From Pirellulales bacterium (GTDB lineage Bacteria; Planctomycetota; Planctomycetia; Pirellulales; JBFWUW01): a stretch of 64,000 nucleotides of DNA. The translations under genes were made by a program, and so were the position numbers. Shown here in pieces: positions 1 through 7,960 of the stretch. The first letter of the stretch is position 1; every line of letters begins with the position of its first letter. The stretch is from the NCBI GenBank assembly GCA_050247075.1, contig JBFWUW010000029.1, positions 9,198-73,197 of the forward strand, written 5' to 3'. The notes beneath the pieces were generated by a model. That model saw nothing but the letters and a program-made list of their open reading frames with translations. It was not told the origin of the DNA and made no database searches.

Positions 1-93
1 ATGGAGCAGCCGCGCTCCAAGAGCCGCCCGAGGTCGGCAACGAACTTCAGCCGGCGGAGGCTCCATGACAGCCTGGCCCGAGGTGCCTTGTGA
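1..93 (+). CDS. 3' end of a CDS that starts upstream of the window (partial)
   Basis: Frame 1 is open from base 1 to TGA 91-93. The stop overlaps the GTG start of the next ORF as GTGA (90-93), a typical coupled-gene junction. Only 30 codons are visible and no motif is recognisable. Confidence 0.25.
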   Translation: MEQPRSKSRPRSATNFSRRRLHDSLARGAL

Positions 94-308
94 ACGAGGA
101 TGACAGCGGCCCCACTGAACCGTTGCGGCTCGATCATTTCTTGAAGCGCAGCGCCGTCACCGGCACGGGCGGGCAGGCCAAGCTGCTGATTCAAGGCGGC
201 GAAGTCAAAGTCAACGGCGCGGTAGAAACCCGCCGCCGACGCAAGCTGGCCGCGGGGGACGTGGTGGAATTCCTCGGCCAACAGTTCGTGGTAGAGGGCT
301 CAACGTAG
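90..308 (+). CDS. Small S4-domain RNA-binding protein (YbcJ-like)
   Basis: 72 aa. LRLDHFLKRSAVTGTGGQAKLLIQGGEVKVNG...GDVVEF fits the S4/YbcJ pattern. GTG start. Confidence 0.7.
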   Translation: MNEDDSGPTEPLRLDHFLKRSAVTGTGGQAKLLIQGGEVKVNGAVETRRRRKLAAGDVVEFLGQQFVVEGST

Positions 309-452
309 CCGCGAGGCTCCTGCTTTGCAGGCTTGAAAAAGTATCGGCGATCCCAGCGGGATGAGGTTGCATGACGTGGATGATCGCGCACGAAACAAGC
401 TACAAGGCAGGAGCCGTGTAGCTACGGCTGGAACTCCAATGCCGGCAGGAAA

Positions 453-2927
453 TCACGGCTTGTCAGCGGCTGGTGCCGGGATGGCGGGTGCTGCTTCCGC
501 GGGTGCTTCCGTCGCGGCGGGCGGTGCTGATTCAGCTGGCGCTGTTTCAGCGGCCGCTGCCGGCGCGGCTTCCGCGGCGGCTGGGGCAGTTTCAACGGGC
601 ACCACCTCCGTCGGTGTTGGCTCTGGCTGGGGTTGGCCCAAGGTCAGTAGCCGCTGGGCCTCGGTCAGCAGGAATTCGCCGTCCATGAAGGGTTCAAAGC
701 CGGTGTCGTGCCAACGGACCAGGCCCTCGCCGTCGATCAAAAACGTGCCGTGCAGCGGCTGGTTCTCGAACTCGTCGTAGGCCCGATAGTCGCGAAAGAC
801 TTGCTGCTCGGCATCGGCCGCCAGAAACGTGAATTGCGGCCCTCCTTCAATGCCGGAGTTGAGCGAGTCGGAAAGCGCTTGCGAACTGTCGGTGCTAATC
901 GCCAGCAGTTCGATGCCCGCCGCGCGGTAGCGGTCTTGCAGCCGGGTGAACTCCTTGAGCTGGTCAACGCAATGGACGCAGCCGTGCCCCAAATAGAACA
1001 ATAGCACGACAGGCCGGCCGCGGTACTCGGCCAGGCTGCGCATGGTGCCGGCGGAGTCGGCCAGCTTCCACTCGATGGCCGGCGTGGGATGCCAGCGATA
1101 GGGGCCCAGCGTGGCCAGGTCGGGCCGCTGCCCGACATCTTCGGCAACCACCAGTGGCAGCCGCCAGTCGGCCGGGTAGCCAAATTCGGCGGCAATCGGT
1201 GCCAAACGTTCAAAGGGGGGCAGCGCCAGTTCGGCCTGGGCGGCCAGTTTGCGCAGCTCCTCAAACTGCTGCCGGGCTTCATCGGGTTTACCACAGCGAT
1301 GCAAGACTTCTACCAACGTCGCCAGGGGAAGAACCTGGTTGCGGCCATTGTTGACAGCCCGCCGGGCAATCTCCTCGGCCTTGTCGTTCTCACCCGCCAG
1401 CAGCCGCGCACGGGCCAAGAACTCTTCCCGCAGCTTGTTGGATTTGTCGAACTCAGCAAAGGCGGCTGGGTAGTCGGCCGCTGCCAAAGCCTTCAGCCCG
1501 CGCAACTCCGCCGTGGCGGTCGTCAAGGGATTGACGCGGCCCGCCTTGGAGTTGATGGCGTCGTTCTTGGCCTTCGTGGCTTCTTCATCATTCTTGCCCT
1601 CTTCGCGGGCTTTCTTCTCGGCCTCGTCGCCGGCCTGTTGTTGCTCGGCCTGTTCCTTGGCCAGCATTTGCTCCAACCGGGCCAAGATGCCGTCACAACG
1701 GCAGCCTTCTCCCTTGTGGTGCCAAGCCACGGCCATCTGCCGCAGCCGCTTGACCTGGTCTTCGTGTTCCTCGGTTGGCTGCAAGTAGCCGTTCTGGCTG
1801 TCGGCCAGCAGATCGTCCCACAGTTCGTACTCCAACAGCACGTCGTACAACCGCGTGCGGCCAAAGCGGGCGCTGTCGTTTCCCGACAGCACGTTGTACT
1901 TGGGGTGCCGGGGCATCTCGATCAGGTTTCTGGCCAGGTCGAGAGCATCGCGGACGCGGCCGAGGTAGATCAAATCGCGGATCAGCCATTCGCTGTTGTG
2001 GGCATAGTTATGAATCTGGTCGGGCAGCACGCGGTCACGGATCATATAGGCATGATCGACACGCGTGGCGGCCTCTTGCTGCCAGGCGGCATCGGCATAG
2101 CGTTGCAGGCCAGAGAAGATATGCCCCGGCATGTGCCACATGTGGGCCGTGCTGGGTGCCGACTGACCGCACAGCGCGGCCGAAGCCAAAGCCCGCGCCG
2201 GCTTTTCGCCATCCCACAAATGGATGCGATAATGATGCACCGGATGCATCGGTTCGACCGCCAGAATCTCGCTTATCAGGCTGTCTACCCCCAGGTGGCT
2301 GCTGAGTTCCAGTTTGTGGGAATTGTTGTCCCAGATTTGCCAGACCAAAAAAGCCTTGGCCTCCAGATCGTCGGGAAATTCGTACAGAATGTTTTCCATC
2401 GCGCGAATCGACTGTTTGCGGCGATGCTTGTCTTCCCCCTCCGGCTTGTAGTAGGCATCCAAGGCTTCAATCCACAAAGCTTCATGCCGGGTGACTTTGG
2501 CCTTGCGTTCCACGGCCTGGGCAATGAAGGGCCGGCCGCGGGTGAGGTTGCTGACGTTGGACAAAGCCAACCCCCAATAGGCCATGGCGCAATCGGGATC
2601 GAGCGTGGCTGCCTCGCGGAACGAACGCTCGGCCTCGAAGTACCAAAAGCCATGCAGTTGTCCCAAGCCCTGGTCGAAGAATTTTTGGGCCTCGGGCGAG
2701 TTGGTGGTGATGGCCAGGTGGACCTTGCCAGTTCCCGGCATCAGATGGGCCCGTTGCCGCGGCCCTTCGTTGTAGGCTTCTCCATGCACCGAATGTCCGG
2801 GGGAAGGGCCTGGCTGATTGGCTGGCGCAACCTCTTCGGCCCGCAGCAGGCCCGTCGCGCAGCTAGCCGTCATCCATGTACCCAGCAGCAGTGCTGCCCA
2901 AGCCAGACCACGATTTCGTCGTGCCAT
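453..2927 (-). CDS. Secreted TPR-like helical protein fused to a C-terminal redoxin (AhpC/TSA, thioredoxin-fold) domain
   Basis: The internal ATG at 2927 gives a signal-like N-terminus MARRNRGLAWAALLLGTWMTASCATG; the longest ORF runs to 3020. C-terminal block RPVVLLFYLGHGCVHCVDQLKEF...IELLAISTDS carries CxxC. The tail is Ala/Pro-rich. Confidence 0.8.
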   Translation of the reverse strand: MARRNRGLAWAALLLGTWMTASCATGLLRAEEVAPANQPGPSPGHSVHGEAYNEGPRQRAHLMPGTGKVHLAITTNSPEAQKFFDQGLGQLHGFWYFEAERSFREAATLDPDCAMAYWGLALSNVSNLTRGRPFIAQAVERKAKVTRHEALWIEALDAYYKPEGEDKHRRKQSIRAMENILYEFPDDLEAKAFLVWQIWDNNSHKLELSSHLGVDSLISEILAVEPMHPVHHYRIHLWDGEKPARALASAALCGQSAPSTAHMWHMPGHIFSGLQRYADAAWQQEAATRVDHAYMIRDRVLPDQIHNYAHNSEWLIRDLIYLGRVRDALDLARNLIEMPRHPKYNVLSGNDSARFGRTRLYDVLLEYELWDDLLADSQNGYLQPTEEHEDQVKRLRQMAVAWHHKGEGCRCDGILARLEQMLAKEQAEQQQAGDEAEKKAREEGKNDEEATKAKNDAINSKAGRVNPLTTATAELRGLKALAAADYPAAFAEFDKSNKLREEFLARARLLAGENDKAEEIARRAVNNGRNQVLPLATLVEVLHRCGKPDEARQQFEELRKLAAQAELALPPFERLAPIAAEFGYPADWRLPLVVAEDVGQRPDLATLGPYRWHPTPAIEWKLADSAGTMRSLAEYRGRPVVLLFYLGHGCVHCVDQLKEFTRLQDRYRAAGIELLAISTDSSQALSDSLNSGIEGGPQFTFLAADAEQQVFRDYRAYDEFENQPLHGTFLIDGEGLVRWHDTGFEPFMDGEFLLTEAQRLLTLGQPQPEPTPTEVVPVETAPAAAEAAPAAAAETAPAESAPPAATEAPAEAAPAIPAPAADKP

Positions 2928-3243
2928 GAAACCACCGCGAAAAAAACAAGGAGGGAAATGGCCGGCGTGCCATTGCCTGGCCACGGCAGGCGGGGCGTTT
3001 GCATTCGTACAGCCACACATCGTTTGCCGACGAACAGCTCACGGTTTGCCGACGAACAGCTCACGCATACCTTGAGCCTAACGCCGCCGCCCCCAAGCGG
3101 CAAGCAATCTTCGGGCGTTTCCGCGGTTTTATCGGCCGAACGGGGCTTATCTACGTTATTGGTCGCTGGCGTTTTGGGGCCTGGTCTGCTAACTTTGGCG
3201 ACCGAATGTGTTCGGCCAGACAATCCCTGTTGAGTTCCTTTTG

Positions 3244-3693
3244 ATGACTGCCTTGGCTCCACTTAAACCCCGTTTTTCGCGATCCGATCTTAAGCCGGGT
3301 GAATGCCTGTGCGACCATTGCAGTGCCAAGTGCTGCAAGTACTTCGCGCTGCATATCGACAAGCCCAAGACCCGCGACGACTTTGACCTGGTGCGGTGGT
3401 TCATCTTGCACGACCGGGCGACGGTGTTCACCGAGAACGGCGTGTGGTACCTGCTGGTCTACACCGACTGCAAGCACTTGCAGCCCAACAACCTGTGCGG
3501 CATCTACGAAACCCGTCCCCAGATTTGCCGCGACTACTCCACCGACAATTGCGAGTTCGAGGACGACTCTGTCTATGACCAATACTTTGAAACATCCGAG
3601 CAACTGGCCGAATACATGGACGCCCGCTTCCCGCCCGAAAAAGGCCAAAGCATCCGCGGCCCCCAACCGGCCCTGCTGCCAATCCTGAGGTGA
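3244..3693 (+). CDS. YkgJ-type cysteine-cluster (CxxCxxCC-like) protein
   Basis: Cys cluster CLCDHCSAKCC near the N-terminus, plus later C...C pairs (DCKHL, LCGIYETRPQICRDY) as in the UPF0153/YkgJ family. ATG at 3244 is preferred over the TTG-extended ORF at 3208. Confidence 0.6.
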   Translation: MTALAPLKPRFSRSDLKPGECLCDHCSAKCCKYFALHIDKPKTRDDFDLVRWFILHDRATVFTENGVWYLLVYTDCKHLQPNNLCGIYETRPQICRDYSTDNCEFEDDSVYDQYFETSEQLAEYMDARFPPEKGQSIRGPQPALLPILR

Positions 3694-3718
3694 TTTTTGA
3701 TTTTTGATTTTAGATTGC
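3691..3718. repeat. Heptamer array (TGATTTT)x3 plus a degenerate unit
   Basis: tgatttt tgatttt tgatttt agattgc. The first TGA is the stop codon of the YkgJ-like gene. Confidence 0.8.
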
Positions 3719-3762
3719 CAAGCTTTCTTGGCGCGAACCCAAACCACCCGGCAACCGTCACC

Positions 3763-3790
3763 TCTTTCGCTTTCAGCCTTTCGCCTTTCC
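3763..3790. repeat. Heptamer array of the CCTTTCG family, 4 units
   Basis: tctttcg ctttcag cctttcg cctttcc, ending 4 nt before the proposed hisS GTG. Confidence 0.7.
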
Positions 3791-3793
3791 CCC

Positions 3794-5134
3794 GTGTCTG
3801 ACCAAAAACGTATCGAACCGCGCACGCTCAAGGGTTTTCGGGACTATCTGCCCGAAGCCATGATTCCGCGCGAACGATTGATTGACACGGCCCGCAAGGT
3901 CTATCGCGCTTATGGCTTTGCCCCCATTGATACGCCGGCGCTGGAGTACCTGGAGATTCTCACCGGCAAGGGAAGCGACGAGACCGACAAACAGCTCTAC
4001 CGCTTTGAGGATCATGGCGGACGTCAGGTGGGTTTGCGGTTTGACCTGACGGTGCCGCTGGCGCGGTTCGCGGCACAGCACATCGCCGCGTTGGGCACGC
4101 CCTTCAAGCGTTACCACATTGGCGCGGTATGGCGCGGCGAGAACACTCAGAAGGGCCGCTACCGGGAGTTCATGCAGTGCGATTTTGACACCATTGGCAC
4201 GCTGTCGATCGCCGCCGATATTGAAACCGCCCTGGTGATTCACGACCTGATGTTGGCCATCGGCATTGAAGGCTTCACCATCCGCGTCAACAACCGGCTG
4301 GTGCTCAACGGAGTGCTCGACCGTGTTGGTCTGGCCGGCAAATCGGCCCCCGTGTTGCGGGCCTTGGACAAGTTGGGCAAGATCACCCGCGACCAGGTGG
4401 CGGCGGAAATGCAGGCGGTGGCCGGTGCCACGGCCGAACAGGCCGACGCCGTGCTGCGGCTGGCGGAACTTTCGGGCGGAAACGATCAAATCTTGCGGCA
4501 GTTGGAACCGCTGGTGGCCGGCAACGAGACCGGTCAGGCCGGCGTGGCCACGCTGCACGACCTGCTGGCCGCCACGCAGGCCGCCGGTGTGCCGGAGCAG
4601 CGGCTGAAACTGGACGTGGCCATCGCCCGCGGCTTGGACTACTACACGGGCACAATTTTTGAGACCTTTTTGACGGACTTGCCGAAGATTGGCAGCGTTT
4701 GCAGCGGCGGCCGCTACGACAATCTGGCCGGGCTGTACACCAGCCAGCAGTTGCCGGGGATTGGGGCGTCGCTGGGTCTCGACCGGCTGCTGGCCGCGCT
4801 GGAGGAATTGGGCCTGCTGGCCAAGGTGGCCACGCCGGCCGATGTCTTCATTCCCTTCTTCGACGCTGGCCGCCTGCACGATTACCTTTCGCTGGCCGCC
4901 GGCCTGCGTTCCGCCGGATTGGGCGTGGAAGTCTACCCGGACGCCAAGCGGCTGGGGGACCAGCTTAAGTATGCCGACCGCCGCGGCTACCGCTTTGCCG
5001 TGGTGATGGGCGATCAGGAATTCGCCGATGGCACTTGCCAGCTCAAAGACCTGTCGGATCGCAGCAGCACGCCGCTGTCTCTGGCTGCCGGCCTGGACGA
5101 ACTGATTAAAGCCATCCGCGGACGGATGCTGTAG
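3794..5134 (+). CDS. hisS: Histidyl-tRNA synthetase
   Basis: LKGFRDYLPEA...YRFEDHGGRQVGLRFDLTVPLARF...YHIGAVWRGENTQKGRYREFMQCDFD...GGRYDNL are class II HisRS signature blocks. I chose GTG 3794 because it sits just before the conserved N-terminus; the longest ORF starts at 3704. Confidence 0.9.
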   Translation: MSDQKRIEPRTLKGFRDYLPEAMIPRERLIDTARKVYRAYGFAPIDTPALEYLEILTGKGSDETDKQLYRFEDHGGRQVGLRFDLTVPLARFAAQHIAALGTPFKRYHIGAVWRGENTQKGRYREFMQCDFDTIGTLSIAADIETALVIHDLMLAIGIEGFTIRVNNRLVLNGVLDRVGLAGKSAPVLRALDKLGKITRDQVAAEMQAVAGATAEQADAVLRLAELSGGNDQILRQLEPLVAGNETGQAGVATLHDLLAATQAAGVPEQRLKLDVAIARGLDYYTGTIFETFLTDLPKIGSVCSGGRYDNLAGLYTSQQLPGIGASLGLDRLLAALEELGLLAKVATPADVFIPFFDAGRLHDYLSLAAGLRSAGLGVEVYPDAKRLGDQLKYADRRGYRFAVVMGDQEFADGTCQLKDLSDRSSTPLSLAAGLDELIKAIRGRML

Positions 5135-5250
5135 GAGGCGATTCCATCGCCGATTTCGTCCCCCTTTTGGAGTGCGTTGTCACGCGAATCGGTCGGCGTT
5201 GGAAACGCCTCCTACAATGCGCATGCTGGCGTTAAAAACGCCTCCTACAG
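5129..5250. repeat. Cluster of three REP-like units (core CTGTAGGAGGCG + short hairpin), one forward and two inverted
   Basis: ctgtaggaggcgattccatcgcc (5129-5151), ggcgttggaaacgcctcctacaa (5195-5217) and ggcgttaaaaacgcctcctacag (5228-5250). The cluster lies between the convergent hisS and redoxin-like genes. Confidence 0.8.
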
Positions 5251-5256
5251 GCCGGA

Positions 5257-5862
5257 CTACTTGTAGCTTATGCGGCAGCCGGCGGGGCGGGTTTCGGTCG
5301 TGGGCGGGTCTTGGCCTTCGAGCAAGGCGTCGAGCGCTTGCCGCAGATATGGCTTCTTGACATCGACATCGTCAATCTGATCGTCGATACGGCCGGTGTA
5401 GCGAATCTGGCGGTTGCCATCCAGCACAAAGGCCTGCGGCGTGGCCGAGGCACCATATTGGCGGCCCGTTTCTTGGCTGGCATCGTGCAAATACGGAAAT
5501 AGCCAGCCGGCTTTCTCGGCCCGTTCCCGCATCGCCGGAAGCTGATCGGCCGCGTGCAGGCTGACGCTAATCGCCACCAATTGCACACCGCGCCCGGCGT
5601 AGTCCCGGTCGATGGCCTCCAGCCTCTGCTCGTAAGCCGTGGCGCAAGGACTGTGGCAGCAGGTAAACACCACGACCACCAGTTTGACCGCATCGTAGTC
5701 GGCCATCGAATGCATCTTACCATCCACGCCCGCCAGGCCCTCGAACCGCGGCGCGTCATCTCCCACGCTCAGCACGTCATTAAACTTGCCGGCCTGGGAA
5801 GGGGTGGGGATGGATAGGATTACGGTCGCGGAAAGCGAGAGGAGGATGGTAAGACGGAGCAT
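5257..5862 (-). CDS. Secreted thioredoxin-fold (TlpA/redoxin-like) protein
   Basis: Signal peptide MLRLTILLSLSATVILSIPTPSQA. VVVVFTCCHSPCA...GVQLVAISVS resembles redoxin-family thiol-disulfide oxidoreductases. Confidence 0.75.
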   Translation of the reverse strand: MLRLTILLSLSATVILSIPTPSQAGKFNDVLSVGDDAPRFEGLAGVDGKMHSMADYDAVKLVVVVFTCCHSPCATAYEQRLEAIDRDYAGRGVQLVAISVSLHAADQLPAMRERAEKAGWLFPYLHDASQETGRQYGASATPQAFVLDGNRQIRYTGRIDDQIDDVDVKKPYLRQALDALLEGQDPPTTETRPAGCRISYK

Positions 5863-5872
5863 GGGGGAGGCT

Positions 5873-5956
5873 GGTGTTCGGTGTTCGATGTTTGGTGTTC
5901 AGTTATCAATTGTTTCTTTCGCCTTCGGCCTTTCGCCTTTCGCCCTTCTCTCTCCG
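5873..5956. repeat. Twelve in-phase heptamers (GGTGTTC family switching to CCTTTCG family)
   Basis: ggtgttc ggtgttc gatgttt ggtgttc agttatc aattgtt tctttcg ccttcgg cctttcg cctttcg cccttct ctctccg. Confidence 0.8.
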
Positions 5957-6654
5957 TGTACCCGCGCAACGTCCCACATATAGTGGCCGATGCGGTGTGA
6001 TTGGGCCTGCTGAAGGTGAGCCAGGGCTTCTTCGTCCTGGCCGTTCGCTTCGGCATACAGGCCCAGGTAGAGATGGGCGTAGAACAGGCGCTCGTTCTTC
6101 TTGGCGGCGGGCGGGTCGCCGGCTTCCACGGCGGCCAGCACGTCGTCCGCGGTGGCTTTGCCCGCGAACAGGTCGTACACCTGCCGCATGGGAACGCGGC
6201 GATCGTCGCCAATTTTCAGGATTTCGTCGCGGGCCTGCTCCACGCCGACCTCGGGAGCCATGCACAAATACCGCCAGACGGCGTTCTCCACGTCGTTGCT
6301 ATCGTAGGTTTGATAACCCTCGAACTGCTTGCGGCCCTTCTCGAATTCGCCAGCGTAGTAGTATGAAATGCCGCGCATCCAGTGGGCTGGCTCGGCGTCT
6401 GGCTCCAGACTGAGGAACTTGTCGAAATCGGCGATCGACTCTTCGATCTGGCCCAGCTTGAATTTCGCCGCGCCGCGTTGGTTGTAGGCCCCGGCGTTCT
6501 TGGGGTCTTCCGCGATCAGCTTGTCGTAAGCCGCGACGGACTCCTTCACCTTGGCCAGGTAGTCGGCGATCTCATCACCCCGCGCCACGGCCAACGCCGC
6601 CAGACAAAGCCAGGCACAACAGGCGGGCATCGCCAGAAAACGTCGGCAGCGCAT
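5899..6654 (-). CDS. Secreted TPR-repeat protein (NlpI-like)
   Basis: Signal peptide MRCRRFLAMPACCAWLCLAALAVA. TPR-like repeats (AGAYNQRGAAKFKLGQIEESIADFDKFLSLEPD...). The last ~17 codons (GERRAKGERPKAKETIDN) are translated from a heptamer repeat array, so the true C-terminus is uncertain. Confidence 0.7.
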   Translation of the reverse strand: MRCRRFLAMPACCAWLCLAALAVARGDEIADYLAKVKESVAAYDKLIAEDPKNAGAYNQRGAAKFKLGQIEESIADFDKFLSLEPDAEPAHWMRGISYYYAGEFEKGRKQFEGYQTYDSNDVENAVWRYLCMAPEVGVEQARDEILKIGDDRRVPMRQVYDLFAGKATADDVLAAVEAGDPPAAKKNERLFYAHLYLGLYAEANGQDEEALAHLQQAQSHRIGHYMWDVARVHGERRAKGERPKAKETIDN

Positions 6655-6924
6655 AAACCTTCTCCGGGGAAAAGTATCTCGCGGCGGATTGGCACGCGGT
6701 CTCTCACCAGGTTAGTCTAGCAGGCTGGTCGCTCAATGTCGCGAGAAAGCCGGATTCGATTGGCGTTGCAAGGCAACGTAGTGACAGTACGCCGATTGCT
6801 GGGATCTGGCTATCCGCTTCGCTCTTGACCCAACTACCCGCCGTTCTCGCCACGGCCAACTATCGCAAGCTGAACGCTGACAATTTCTCCGCTGACAGCT
6901 TTCTCATCGGCGCTACCGCATCCA

Positions 6925-7938
6925 TTGCGAGGTTCTGCCGGGACATGTCGCGTAGCGGCCACCCGCCCTGCTATCATTCAAGTAGCGGCCTGGCCGCGAG
7001 ACCCTCCATTCCTTGAATCGGACCACCCCGTGCTGCAACACATTTTGGCGCAGTGGCTCAAGAACACCGCCCGGCAGAAATTGTACGAACAGGCGGCCCA
7101 CGCGGCCCGATCGCAACTACAGGGAGGTACGGGCGCGGATGGCGGACCCGACGGCGGCCAGCCCAGCTTTCGCCAGCGAGCATGCGATGTAGGAGTGGTG
7201 TTTGCCTTGGGGATCGAGGGGGGCGGGTTGGAGGATTTGCTGGATGGCGTGGTGGTGGTCCACGGTGGAGGCTTCAAGGCCCGGCAGGGGGGCTATCGCG
7301 GCAGGCATGTGGTGCTATTGGAATCGGGGGCAGGCCGAGACGCCGCGCGGCACGGCACGCAAGCGCTGATCGAGGGACATCGTCCGCAATGGATTGTCTC
7401 GACCGGCTTTTGCGGCGGGCTGCAGCCCCAGGTGCGGCGGGGCGACATTGTCATGGCTAACAGCGTGGCCGACCTGCAGGGCCGCCGCTTGGCGATCGAC
7501 CTCAAGATGAGTTCCGAAGCGCTAGCCGGACTGCGCGGCGTGCATGTCGGCAAGATGCTCACCGTCGACCGCGTTATCCGCACGCCGGCCGAAAAGCGCG
7601 AATTGGGAGAACTTCACCAAGCGCTGGCGGTTGATATGGAGACTTCCGCCGTGGCCGAAGTGTGCGCCCGCGAGCATGTGCGGTTCCTGGCCATTCGCGT
7701 GGTCAGCGATGCCATGCAGGACGAACTCCCCCCCGATCTGGACCGCCTGATCCAACAGCCGACCACCGCGCGGCGGCTGGGGGCGGCGTTAGGTGCAATC
7801 GTCAACCGCCCCTCCAGCGTGAAAGACATGCTCAAGCTCAAGGAGGATGCGCTGGTCTGCTCGGACAAGCTGGCCAAATTCATGGCGGGCGTGATCGAAC
7901 AACTGGCACCAATGGATGAACCGCCGGGCGACAAGTGA
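6925..7938 (+). CDS. Nucleoside phosphorylase family protein (PNP_UDP_1, MTA/SAH-nucleosidase-like)
   Basis: VGVVFALGIEGG...VLLESGAGRDAA...IVSTGFCGGL...GDIVMA...AVDMETSAVAEVC...FLAIRVVSD matches the nucleosidase/phosphorylase fold pattern. The start is uncertain: TTG 6925 is the longest, GTG 7029 is possible. Confidence 0.65.
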   Translation: MRGSAGTCRVAATRPAIIQVAAWPRDPPFLESDHPVLQHILAQWLKNTARQKLYEQAAHAARSQLQGGTGADGGPDGGQPSFRQRACDVGVVFALGIEGGGLEDLLDGVVVVHGGGFKARQGGYRGRHVVLLESGAGRDAARHGTQALIEGHRPQWIVSTGFCGGLQPQVRRGDIVMANSVADLQGRRLAIDLKMSSEALAGLRGVHVGKMLTVDRVIRTPAEKRELGELHQALAVDMETSAVAEVCAREHVRFLAIRVVSDAMQDELPPDLDRLIQQPTTARRLGAALGAIVNRPSSVKDMLKLKEDALVCSDKLAKFMAGVIEQLAPMDEPPGDK

Positions 7939-7960
7939 TTGGCCGGGAGGCCGTGAACAC

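Noticed and set aside
361-780. 139-aa plus-strand ORF rich in Ala/Gly/Ser
   Set aside because: It is antisense to the Pro/Ala-rich C-terminal tail of the TPR-redoxin protein. Low-complexity mirror image.
1089-3233. 714-aa ORF on the plus strand
   Set aside because: It is entirely antisense to the TPR-redoxin gene. The composition is Arg/Gly/Pro/Ala-rich with no motifs, which is the typical shadow ORF of a high-GC gene.
5172-5360. 62-aa ORF (…ETPPTMRMLALKTPPTGRT…)
   Set aside because: It is generated by reading through the REP-like CTGTAGGAGGCG units and then into the antisense of the redoxin gene.
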